Shown piece by piece: positions 15,296 through 28,925 of a stretch of DNA of 64,000 nt; position 1 is the stretch's first letter, and every line of letters starts with the position of its first letter. Location: the NCBI GenBank assembly GCA_009914755.4, contig CP068257.2, positions 27,296,001 to 27,360,000 on the forward strand, read 5' to 3'. The notes under the pieces were generated by a model. That model was not told the origin of the DNA and made no database searches. It was given only the letters and a program-made list of their open reading frames with translations. Origin of the DNA: the human T2T-CHM13v2.0 reference genome, Homo sapiens. The position numbers and the translations under genes are program-made.

Positions 15296-17220
15296 TGATA
15301 TTCGTATTTGTGCATATATATAGTTGGGTTTTATTCACATAAAAAGGATGACACTAAACATATTGTTCTATCATTTACCACTTACATATACTTTCTGTCA
15401 GAACATATAAATTATTCTGTTTTAAAGCTACGTAACAAAAATGAACAAAATCTACCTAACACTCCATACTATGGAGGTATCATTATTTAACTATTTCCCT
15501 ATCAGTGAACATTTAGGTTTCTCCCCTCCCCAAATTTTTGCTGTCACACATAATGCTGCAATAAATATCCTTAAGAAGATACTATTCTGTGTATGTATAA
15601 ACACCTCTTTAGGCTAAATTCCTAGAAGTGGAATTGAAAGCTCAAAGGATTTGAATGTATTATATGTTGGTGATCTCAAATTGCTTCTGAAAACACATAA
15701 TCAACTTATACTTTCACCAAATATGCACAGGTGTGACTGTGTAGCTGCACATTTAATGAATCTTTTTGATTCTCGGCAATATAGTGGATAAAACCATTGC
15801 TCTTAATTTGTACTTCTGTCATTATTAGTAAGGCAAATCCTTTCATATTTCACATTTCAGTATTGAGCTACCTTTGACCATTTCATCTATGAATTGCCTC
15901 TTTAAGTCTTTGATAAATTTTCCAATTTGGAGGGTTTTACTGATTTATATAAACTATATGTAGATAGTTTTTTGTTGATTTGCAAATGTCATCTCCCATT
16001 TTGTCATTTGTCCCTGTAATCTTTATATTTTGTCGCAGTTTTCATCTTTCAGAAATACTATATAAAAAATTTTAACTGTCATAAAATACACATAAAATTA
16101 ATGTATTAGCCATTTTAAAGTGTAGAGTTCTGCAGTGTTAAGTACATTCACACTATTGTGCAACTAATCTCCAGAACTCTTCATTCTGCAAAACTGAAAC
16201 TCTACCCACTAACACGAATGCTCCATTCCTCTCTCACCCTCGGCCCCAGGCAACCACCTTCTACTTTCTATCCCTATGAATCTGACTACTCTACAGAAGG
16301 AATCATAGAGTATCTGTCTTTTTGTAACTGGCTTATTTCACTCAGCATAATGTCCTCAAGGTTCATACAGACTGTATGTAGCATGTCAGAATTTCTTTCC
16401 CTTTTAAGGCTGAATAATATCCCATTATATGGTTATACCACACTTTTATTTATCCATTTATCCACTGATGGGCACTTAGGTTGCAAGTTTTCATTTTTAC
16501 AGAATCAAATATATATATATTTACATAAAATGTAAAGGAGAAGGTCTCAGTATTTTTCTTCCAAACACACAACCAATTTTCCCATCATTATTATTTACTC
16601 ACCACAGTGATTTGAAATGCCACCTATATTAAAAACTAAATTCACATTTATGTGTGGATAGGTTTCTGGACTGTATCCACTGATTTGTCTACTCTTCAAT
16701 TTCATACTGCTTAATTACTATAATTCAATAATATATGTTATATTTGGCATGCAGTCTCTTTCACTTTTTTCAAAAATTTCTTATTTTTGAGAACTTTTTC
16801 CTTCAAATGTATACTATGTTCAGAACAGTTTACTAAGTTTTTCAAAAACTGCTGAAATTTTGATTGAGATCGCACTGAAATTATAGATTGACACAATCAT
16901 TTTTACAATTTATCTTCCCACCTTCTTTTGTGATCTTTATTCAAGTTTTATAATTGTAATTTTTTGTTAAGTTTATTTCTAAGTATTTATAGTTTTTGTT
17001 ATCATTGTGAATGGAATCTTCTTTTTCTCCCATACCATTTTTTAAATTGATTACTATGGGTAAATAAGAAAGCTATTCATTTTTGTGTGGTAAATATACA
17101 TCCATCTCCTTAGTAATTAGTTCCAATAGTTCTTTAGCTAATTCCGTATTACTTTTATAATCAGAAAAAAATGTTAATTATGCTAAAAAAGCTAATGTCA
17201 AAAAGTTACATACAGTATGA

Positions 17221-17557
<337 letters not shown>

Positions 17558-17689
17558 TAAATGACATAATTACAAAGAGAGAGAACAGATTAGTGGTTGC
17601 TAGAGATTAGGACAATGGGAAGGGGAAGGGAGGTGGCTGAGGCTATATATGGATAACGCAAGGGATCCTGATAATGAAACTGTTCTGGA

Positions 17690-17790
17690 CTTGACTGTGG
17701 TGGTGGTCACAGATGTGAGCTACACAGAACACACGCACACTCTGTCTCTCACACACACAAACATACACAAACATGTGCATGTAAACTAAG
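17690..17790. repeat. Imperfect (CA)n / CA-rich simple repeat
   Basis: 'cacacgcacactctgtctctcacacacacaaacatacacaaacatgtgcatg'. Confidence 0.6.
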
Positions 17791-18410
17791 TCAACTGACT
17801 GTATCAATGCCTTTTCCTTGGTTGTAATACTATCTAAAGTTATGCAAAACAGTACCACTGGGTAGATGTATGATTTATTCTTTGTATTACTTCTTACACA
17901 TTCATGTGAATCTACAATTACCTCAAAATAAAAAGTTTTTTAAAACTTTTAAGATAAAAAACAGTCAAAATTTAATTTAGAATTCTACTATGCCAGAACA
18001 TGTATCTATCATTTCAGAATTCTTCTTGGTAAATCAGTAAATTCAAAATGCCTCTTGGTAAATCTCAGCTAAGTATTAATTTGAATGCTGAGCTTCACCA
18101 GCACACCCAAACCCACAATCTACTTCTTTGTCTTAAGAACAGACACATTTGTTACATTTCTAGAATATATTTCAATAGGATGATGTTATTTAAGAGAAGA
18201 GTAACTTTCCCTATCACTTCCATATAGCAAATAAAGTGATGGAAAAAGAGTATTAGGAAAGGGCAAAAGAAAAGATTTCTATCAGAAAGATTTCTGGGGA
18301 AAAGAAAACAAGTTCATGAAATGCTGTTGGCTTAAAAAAAAAAGTACAGTATAAAATTCTACAACAAAAGGCTATAGAGTTAAAACTATTTACTTTAAAA
18401 AAAAGGTGTC

Positions 18411-18715
18411 GGCCAGACATGGTGGCTCACACCTGTAATTCCAGGCCTTTGGGAGGCTGAGGCAGCAGGACTGCTTGAGCCCAGGAATTCAAGACCAGCC
18501 TGGGCAACCTGGCAAGACACCATCCCTACAAAATTAAAAAATTAGCCAGGTGTGGTAGTGCACACCTGTGGTCCCAGTTACTCAGGAGGGTGTGGTGGGA
18601 GGATCACTTGACCACAGGAGGTTGAGGCTACAGTGAGCCATGTTCGCATCACTGAACTCCAGCCTGGGCAACAGAGTGAGACCCTGTCTCAAAATAAATA
18701 AATAAATAAATTCAA
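18411..18715 (+). mobile_element. Alu SINE (+)
   Basis: 'ggccagacatggtggctcacacctgtaattccaggcctttgggaggctgaggcagcagg...'. Confidence 0.9.
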
Positions 18716-18880
18716 AGGTATGTCCCTAACCTAAAACAATTTAATTTGCCTTGAAGTCGTTAATTTCCTCATTTCCTAAACCTGTTTTCTTGATTCATTA
18801 GAAATTATTCATTAATTAGGGGTTGCCAAAGTGACCGATTACAGTAAACTACAAAGTAAAAACATTTTAAATAAGAATAC

Positions 18881-18985
18881 CTTTCTTTTCTCTTATAATG
18901 TGGTTTTACTTCATCAGATGAAATGCTTCGGGAAAGGATCAACTTAGCAATAATAAGAGACCACAGTGTGCCATGTTCTCTGGAC
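18881..18985 (-). CDS. LTN1: LTN1 downstream coding exon (number uncertain). 1 nt then [34 protein letters not shown] then 2 nt
   Basis: Excellent acceptor ttttttttctttcctttttcag|G and donor AAAG|gtattc; 34 open codons. Confidence 0.6.
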
Positions 18986-19110
18986 CTGAAAAAGGAAAGA
19001 AAAAAATTATATTCCGTTTTGAAAGCATACTGAATAAAATGTGTAAACACTGGCTAGCTGGATTCCTTTTACAGAATTAAATAAAGCACCTTGTGATGGC
19101 ATCAATTCAC

Positions 19111-19226
19111 CTAAGACTTTGCACCCAAGCAACTGCCAGTAATTATCCAAAGAACTGAGAGTTTCGGCTTTCAACACTCCTTCAAGGCTGGTATTGAGCT
19201 CTCTCATCCCTAGGCAACTCCACAGT
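19111..19226 (-). CDS. LTN1: Probable LTN1 coding exon with uncertain boundaries (...LWSCLGMRELNTSLEGVLKAETLSSLDNYWQLLGCKVL...)
   Basis: 77-codon protein-like open frame on the minus strand (19007–19240). Only weak acceptor/donor candidates fit the phases demanded by neighbouring exons (donors TGGCA|gttgct at 19134 or CTTGG|gtgcaa at 19125; the best-looking donor CTTAG|gtgaat at 19111 breaks phase). True splice sites unresolved. Confidence 0.35.
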
Positions 19227-19937
19227 CTCTTCAGTCCCAATAGGGGAGATGATCTTAGAGATTAGGCTTGAAGACCAGAGGCTGTAGCTGGGAAAAAGAC
19301 ATCTCCCAGAGGACACCTAGGCAGGCTTAAGTTGAACAATCAAAGAGGTTCTTTGGTTCTGAGGAAAGTTGTGTCAACTAAGTAGAATGCGATTGGAAAG
19401 GAAGCCTGGGTCCTCTGATACAGCAAAGCATACTCAAAATACTATCGGCAAGTGATAAACTCCTAAAAAGAAAGCAGTTCAATACAGTAATTTCAAAAAG
19501 CTAAACATCTTACTACTACAACCTCTACAAGGACTGTTTTCATACCTGCCTTCCTAATCTAGGGGAGAGGGCTTTGTGGTCATAACATTAAGACACACCT
19601 ATAACAACATGTAAGATAAAGGATGAATCTGAGAGCACTGGGAGGATGAGTCACAGATAAATCAAAACAACTTCTACAAGCTTCTACTTCTTTTTTGTCA
19701 TCTGACCCTTGTATGTATTTATGGATTTAATAAGACAGGCAGAATACAAATATCTTCCCCTGAGAAGGTTAAATCAAGTATTTAGAATTCATAAACTATT
19801 TATTATTAAGAATAGGAATTATTTAGATCAATCCTCTGACTGAAACATTAGCATGCAGTAGGGTTACCTCTTACAGAAGGCAAAGCCATAAAGAAGTAGC
19901 ATAGTCATTTTAAAAACAAATTGAAAGAGATTCTTAC

Positions 19938-20097
19938 CTGTTAAATAACAGCTGCAAAAGGCCCGACGTATTACCAAGTACACGTAAGTTATCATACGTA
20001 ATATTCATTTTTTGAAGTATTTCACAAAATCCAATTAGAAAAATAGGTGGGTTATCTAATTCTTCACACCACTGCAGTGAATAAAGCAGTTCTGCAA
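19938..20097 (-). CDS. LTN1: LTN1 downstream coding exon (number uncertain). 2 nt then [52 protein letters not shown] then 2 nt
   Basis: Acceptor tgtctcttcttttag|TT, donor AACAG|gtaaga; 52 open codons. The entry phase requires an as-yet-unlocated exon between 23478 and 20098. Confidence 0.6.
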
Positions 20098-20439
20098 CTA
20101 AAAGAAGAGACAGCACCAAATTATGAAAAGCACTCTGTGAACAAACCCTTCAATTACTTTCACTTCTCCACCTTGTTTTCTAACACTGTTGTGCCCACTC
20201 ATCTCAAAACTCCTATGAACTGATTTTTCAAATCTGCTTTGAGATGTTCAAGGACAATGAAAACTGAGAATATTTGTCTGATACAAAATACCACCCTTTT
20301 CCCAAATTCTACTTGGTCCTTTTTCTAATTAGTTAAGAATGTGACAAGAACCTAAGTTACTAGAGATACTGAAAGAATCTTCCTACCATTTTGGCACAAT
20401 TGGTAAAAAGTTCCAGACAGGAAAAACAACTAAGGGACC

Positions 20440-20820
20440 CAAGACCTGAGGTGAGAAGTTCATGGCAAATGGGAGAAATGGGAGACAGTATGATACAGTA
20501 AAAGGACATGAGGCCTCAATTACAGATTGGGGTGGATTCAAATCTGCATCTCTCTCTCAAGCTATATAAATAGTTATCAATTAGGATACTACGAACTACC
20601 TCACAGGACTGCTGTGATAATTAAATGGCCAAGTATCTATCATAAAGCCTGGTATATCATAGGTTTCTAATACACAGTCACAGCTCCCTTTTATAAAGCC
20701 ATGTATAGCTTTTGGAGTCAGAAGCATTGTGACCTGGTTCAAAATCTAATCCTACACTTACCAGCTAAGCAGCTCTAATCAAGTCATGGTAACAAAAACA
20801 ACAATAATATCTGACTAATG
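20440..20820. mobile_element. MIR (mammalian-wide interspersed repeat) fragment
   Basis: '...ttttggagtcagaagcattgtgacctggttcaaaatctaatcctacacttaccagctaagcagctctaatcaagtcatggtaac...' matches the MIR core. Confidence 0.5.
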
Positions 20821-21279
20821 AGCTCGATAAAATTAAAGAAATAATATTGCCAATTTGTAATTAGTAACACAAAAAATTATTACTCTACTTACTAGTTTTG
20901 GATTTGCACAGATTCACCCTGTGAGCAATGTTAAACTACAGGCTTGTTTCCTTTCCCTTAACTAAATGTGAAGGTGGCTGCCCAAAAGAGGTGTTTCAAC
21001 TTTCTTCCACAGAGCATATATTCCCCCTTCTAGTAACTGTGTTACAGCTGAGGGCTTACAAACAAGACTGATACAGGGTTTCTGCAAATTCTCTACCTTT
21101 AATACCATCTTGTAAAAGTCACTCCACCACCTATAATTCTAAACCATTTGTTGAAACAGGGAAATTTGCTGAGGCCCTAAGTCCTCTTAGGGTTCAACAT
21201 TTGAACGTCCACTTGCCAGAAAAAAAATTAGAGCCCGATGAAATACAAAAGTATTCAAAACCATTGGAATCAAAACAGC

Positions 21280-23135
<1,856 letters not shown>

Positions 23136-23478
23136 CAACAGAAAATTCTGAATCCTTGATAAAACACCAAAGCCTCACCCATTTTCTTTAGGGTATGTGC
23201 CACAGGATCTGTTTACATTGATGTCATGACAGCCTGAGTAGCTAACACCAAATTACGATCCACAGTTAACAAGATTATAGCAAGATTCCAATATATTCGT
23301 ATCTAATTTGCAATTTCACATTCACCACTTAAGTAACTTCAAGGTTCTCATCATTAAAATAGGAAAAAGAAAGCTGAAGATTCTTGAATTAAAGATTTAA
23401 ACTGCAGTATAATCAAGATTATTTCAAAATTATATTCATTCATGCATTATGTTATATGTAAATACTCATATATACTTA

Positions 23479-23666
23479 CTTATTTTCTCAAGCTCATTAT
23501 TTTCTAAGACTGTTTCCTTTCTCAGTGCAATTAAGACCATTTTGCTCAATAATGCTGAAGTACACAAATGGCTGGGAAGTGTCTTTATGTCCTGTTCCTT
23601 AAAATCTGTTTTGAAACATTCATAATTCAAACTCAATCTTCCCTCTAAAAGAGGTCTATGTAACCA
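23479..23666 (-). CDS. LTN1: LTN1 exon 16 (putative): [62 protein letters not shown] plus 2 nt
   Basis: Acceptor gtattcttttcacag|TGG, donor AAG|gtaagt (consensus). 62 open codons entering in phase 0, continuing exon 15. Confidence 0.6.
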
Positions 23667-24049
23667 CTGTGAAAAGAATACGTTATATACAAAATTATTT
23701 ATTACCTAAGCAATTGAGACTGAACAAAAATGAAGTTGTGAGAATATTTATTACCAAAACCACAGAAACCTAGAAGTTTGTTTTCTTTTACAGGAAATTA
23801 TCAACATGTGTATTTCTTTAAGACTCCTTAAGTACAGAACTAGGTCCTAAGTCTTTGTACCATGCCCACTGCCACTGTCAAATGGTGTCTTGCAAAAAGC
23901 AAACATCCAGTATATGAGCATACAAAGACATCAAAGCAAAGCAAAATACTCATTTTATTTATGTTTTTCTTCCCCAAAATAAAAATATTCAAGCTTGCAT
24001 GAAATCCAAACTTCAGAATGAGATATGTACTCTTCAATTTCCAAAATAC

Positions 24050-24194
24050 CTGCATAGGAAGAGACTGCCTCATCTTTTCCCATTCACTGTCGTTCGGCAT
24101 TACACTTCCAATATAAACTCCCATAAGATAAGAATCTTCACTCTCTAGAAGTGTATTTAGCAAATCATCAACAGCAGACAAGAGGACTTGGAGA
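24050..24194 (-). CDS. LTN1: LTN1 exon 15 (putative). 1 nt then [48 protein letters not shown]
   Basis: Acceptor tctctgcattatttttag|T, donor CAG|gtattt. 1-nt entry matches the AG left over by exon 14 (AGT gives Ser). Confidence 0.7.
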
Positions 24195-24887
24195 CTAAAA
24201 ATAATGCAGAGAACTTAACTGTTGTAGTTACGCTATGACTAGTTTGAATACCCCAATACATATTAAATACCCTATAATAGCTCACCTGAACAAAAAGAAA
24301 TGATGAAAATAAAAAGAGGTAAGTGACATTCCCCCACCGATGACACACCAACATAACAGTCAAACTGGGGAGGTAATCCAATATTTATCATTTGAAATCT
24401 AGTGTTGCTTCCTATCTATCTCAGAATGAAGAGGACCTGACCTATTTCAGACCAGGTATTTCAGAAATACAGCTACCTTATGAAATGCAGCACTATTTTA
24501 CCTAAACCCAATATCCTCTAAATGCATTCTCTCTTCTCCTTTATTATATGGATTTAGGTATGAGAGGTAAAATATACTTGCAATTCAACATCTTAAAACA
24601 CTGCCTACCTGTCCCCAAAAAATAAATAACCAAGAACAATCAGTACATGTGGTGACCATGAGAGGCTACAATGCACACCAGCCTATGACAAAGGATAGTA
24701 TCACCATCACTTTACTGTCTATAAGTTATGAGTCCAGCAGGTATGTTATAGCAAATTATCCTTCAATTAACTGGCAGTTTAAATGGATGGTCATTGAAAC
24801 AAAATGGTTTTGGAAAAATTCGTTTGGGTCTTTTCATAAGAGTCCTATAGATTTGTTACCTAACAAGTCACTTTTCATTTCTCTTTT

Positions 24888-24995
24888 TTTTAAGAGATGG
24901 CATCTCACTATGTTGCTCAGGCTGGTCTCAAACTCCTGGAGGTCTCAACTGATCCTCCCACCTCAGCCTACTGAGTAGCTGGGATTATAGGGACG
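24888..24995 (-). mobile_element. Alu fragment (minus orientation)
   Basis: 'gagatggcatctcactatgttgctcaggctggtctcaaactcctgg...cctcagcctactgagtagctgggattatag'. Confidence 0.7.
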
Positions 24996-25103
24996 AGCCC
25001 TACAAGTCATTTTTCATAGGCACTCACACTGATCATGGAATCTAATTTAAGGACACTGTTCAAGTATAAAAGAGACACTGAAACCAAGCTCAAAAAAGGT
25101 TAC

Positions 25104-25257
25104 CTGTTGATATCCAAAGATGAAGCCTGAACTTGGTTCTTCAGCCACAGAGCAGACAAATGTAGGAAGGTACTCTCTTTATATGAACTGTCAGTTTGAT
25201 GAACCAATAAATTTACACCAGAGAGCCAAGTATTTTTCAGTTTACAGATAAGAAAAT
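25104..25257 (-). CDS. LTN1: LTN1 exon 14 (putative). 2 nt then [50 protein letters not shown] then 2 nt
   Basis: Acceptor gattttag|AT, donor AACAG|gtaacc. The G left over by exon 13 plus AT gives GAT. Confidence 0.65.
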
Positions 25258-26175
25258 CTAAAATCAAGATGTCAACAGGAATTTGTAATCTCACTGAATT
25301 AACTCTCATCAGCACAAAATGTTTTAAACAACTCTACAGATCTGAGATTTTTTTAAATACCATTTAAAAAAGAAAAATTTTAAATTGCCATTCAAAATTC
25401 AATTGCCAAACAAAGCAACTGTGTCATAAACATGCAATCATACAAGCTAGCACGTATCATATAAATGTAAAATGGTAAGATTTTTAAAGTTACATTTTTT
25501 ATGCTTGAACTTATTTACAAGAGTTGTCCTTTTGGAGACATTTTTAAAAAAATTATTACACCATTTCCAAATACAGAAGTTAGTATTTAAGAAAGGGTTG
25601 GTAGCCAATGATGGGCAGAAAAAAAAGAGAGAGAGAAAGAGGAAGGAAGAAGGAAAGAAAAAAAGAAAGGAAAGAATGAAGGGTGGGAGGAGGAGAGCTC
25701 TCTATAGATAGTATTTTTTTATGTTCCTTTCACAAATAAGTCTGAATTAGCATATAAGGCAAGAATATAGTCCTTAAAAAGATAATTTCAATTCTATTTT
25801 GATATACACCAAAGATTGAATGTTTTTACTATAATAAAGGGATATTATTATCCCCCTTTTACAAATGAGGAAACTAAGACATCAAGAAATTAAGGAACAT
25901 GCCAGAACTACTGAATGGACTAAGATTCCACCTAATCAATTATGGCTCATTCCAAATTTCTTTGAATATCAAGTGAGATCTTTAGAAATAACATCTACGT
26001 ACATCTTTAACTTGCTTTCTAGAGCTGAAAGTGTTTAAGACTGTAGCCCTTTACTCAAAATGCTTTAAACTTTCAAACACATTATAATTCAATTAATAAA
26101 GCCTGGGCACTTACACTCACTATGAAGGTCAGAGCCGGAGATTCCCAACAAAACATTTGAGCAGTAGGCTATTAC

Positions 26176-26415
26176 CTGGCAAATGTGTTTTTTCTTTGCT
26201 CTGAGCACATAACTGAAAGAGAGTTAATAATAAATCTTCAGATGATGGCATTAGCAAGCATCCTTTCGCTGAGCTGAAATAGTTATAGGCCACATCACAG
26301 ATAAAAGACACTGATGAGTCACTGCTTTCAGCTTCTGATAATTTCTTTGTTTTGAATAAAGTTTCATGAAGTCTAACAATGATTCTTTCAACATATACGT
26401 CTCCAATCAAGTAAT
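26176..26415 (-). CDS. LTN1: LTN1 exon 13 (putative). 2 nt then [79 protein letters not shown] then 1 nt
   Basis: Acceptor cctttttttctccag|AT, donor CCAG|gtaata. 79 open codons; phase matches exon 12. Confidence 0.7.
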
Positions 26416-26803
26416 CTGGAGAAAAAAAGGTTCAAACAGACAAAAAATAAAAATATTAACGTGTATTTTTAAATATCTTACTTTGGATTAATAATTCTAT
26501 GGGTCTTTCCTGGATTTTAAAATGTATTAGACAAAATTTTATCAACAAATCAACACATTCTCTCACACATAAAGGCCCTCAAGTAAAAAAGGCAGTTTTA
26601 AATTAAGTAGAAAACAGAAATGGTCTACAGTTAGGGTGAGCAAGTTTGCTACACTGAAAACCCTTTAAGTCATGAGTCAACTTTATGAGCTAAAAAAAAA
26701 AAACCCTTTAGGATATAGAACTAAAAATATTAAATATCTTCTAAGTCATGGTATGAAGATTAATAAACAATTAGGGTGCTTACAATATTACGATATGTAA
26801 ATG

Positions 26804-27117
26804 AGCTGGGCGCAGCGGCTCACGCCTGTAATCCCAGCACTTTGGGAGGCTGAGGCAGACAGATCACCTGAGGTGAGGAGTTCGAGACCAGCCTGGCCAA
26901 CACAGCGAAACCCCGTCTCTACTAAAAATATAAAATTTAGCCAGGCATGGTGGCATGCACCTGTAGTCCCAACTACTTGGGAAGCTGAGGCACAAGAATC
27001 ACTTGAACTCAGATGTTGTAAGCCAAGATCACACCACTGCACTCCAGCCTAGACGACAGAGGGAGACTCAGTCTCAAAAAAAAAAAGAAAAAAGAAAAGA
27101 AAAGAAAAAAAAAAATT
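26804..27117 (+). mobile_element. Alu SINE (+) with an A/G-rich tail
   Basis: 'gctgggcgcagcggctcacgcctgtaatcccagcactttgggaggctgaggcagacagatcacctgaggtgagg...'. Confidence 0.9.
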
Positions 27118-27235
27118 TGAATGAGTAAGTCCTGTTATTTTTAACCAATAACACATAAGCTGAGCCCCATGCAATCCCCCACAAAGGAGAAATGGACTAT
27201 TCCCCATTAGAAAACAAAAGCCATATTTGTCCTAC

Positions 27236-27425
27236 CATTTTTAACATGTTGGGATAATACCAAGCTTAGAAGAGTCCATCTTTCTGAGAAGTGAGATTCT
27301 GAAGATACCCTGGATTCCAAGTCCTCATTACAAAGACAATCTGCCAAGTTGACCAATTTCTCACCAAGGATATCGCCTTTGAGCCAAGGAGTTACTAAAG
27401 CATGTTTATCTGAACTAGGACATGC
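27236..27425 (-). CDS. LTN1: LTN1 exon 12 (putative): [63 protein letters not shown] plus 1 nt
   Basis: Acceptor ctttgctttaattttatggttttag|GCA, donor AATG|gtagga. 63-codon open frame in phase 0 only; other frames hit stops within 10 codons. Confidence 0.65.
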
Positions 27426-28524
27426 CTAAAACCATAAAATTAAAGCAAAGATTAACAGCAAGATCAAATACTCTCTCTGTCCAAAATATTACTTGTACCA
27501 TATTACTATCCCTTCGTTATCATGGCTCCAATTCTATCCCCCCTCCTCCTCCTCCTGAAGTTCTAGGAAGACTGGTATCCTCCCTGTTCCCCATTAAGCC
27601 TGTATGATGTTCACTTCCACGCTTTGCTGTTACCTTCCCAGCCATAAATATTCCCCCACCCCCCCCTTTTTTTTTTAACTTAAAATCCCATCCATTCTTT
27701 GAAAATCAGTACAAATCCCACCTACTTTATGGAGTCTCCCCATCCACTCCAGCCCACAATGATCACTGCTTTTCTCTGAATTTCTAAAGCACTTACTGGA
27801 TTGTATAATTATTTAAATGTTTCATCTGTGTATATCTTGTCTTTCCAATGAGATTGTAAGTTCCTTGAGAGTAGAGACTGTCTTAAACTTCTTTGATACC
27901 TGCTATCAACACTGTAGATATGTTCAATGAATAATGAATAAACTTTGAAGATAGATTTATAAATGCTCTATAAATTTTTGTTCATTAATTTTGCTAAAAT
28001 TAAAGAACAATTAGTGTATAATAATGGTAAATTACTTCAATATGAACAATGGGATTTATTTCCCCAAATTCTCTGATATAGAGTTACTAGGGCCAGATAT
28101 CTGACAGCAACTTATTTTCATGAGGTGGGGAAGCAAGAAAAAAAAAAGCTGTAAATCCACCCCTAAAGCATGCTGATCCATGTTCCCAGAGCTTCTTTTG
28201 CTTTAAGGGCTGAGAAGTAAGGAATTTGCAACTTGGTTCATTTCAAAGCAATCTGGAAGAAAAAAAAAAATCCAAGTGCAGATTGGGTAGTGCTTGGAAA
28301 ACTTTATCCTTTTATTTAAAAATTGTAGGTAACCAGAGCTTATATTTTAGTCCAAGCTTTATCACTAACTAGCCTATGACCTTGGACAAATCTTTTAATC
28401 AGCGTGGGCCTATCTCCTAATTTGAAAGTTGGAAAGATTAACTTAGAAAATCTCTAAGGTCCTTTTCTGGTTCCAAAACTCAAATCTGTTTTTTAATTGA
28501 TGGTTTTTTTAAAAGATGACTTTA

Positions 28525-28749
<225 letters not shown>

Positions 28750-28925
28750 TTAAGACTCTGCTCATAAAGTATTAAGGTTCCATAAAACAAGAAAAACTAC
28801 TTTAGAGTTTAGATGGCTGTGATACCTGTTTTCCCAGTGTAGTTTGCCAAGTAAAACCAATCTATTCTGCAGAATCCTGGTAAACAAAATAAACTTCTGA
28901 ATAAAATGCCTCTCGAGTTAGCAAG

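Noticed and set aside
17643-17858. 71-aa minus ORF 17643–17858
   Set aside because: It spans the CA-rich simple repeat (…VYVCVCERQSVRVFCVAHIC…) and is a repeat-derived artefact.
23840-24181. 113-aa minus-strand ORF reading on past the exon 15 donor (…[31 protein letters not shown]…)
   Set aside because: Only the first 48 codons are exon. The frame simply stays open into AT-rich intron after the CAG|gtattt donor, and the low-complexity intronic part does not look coding.
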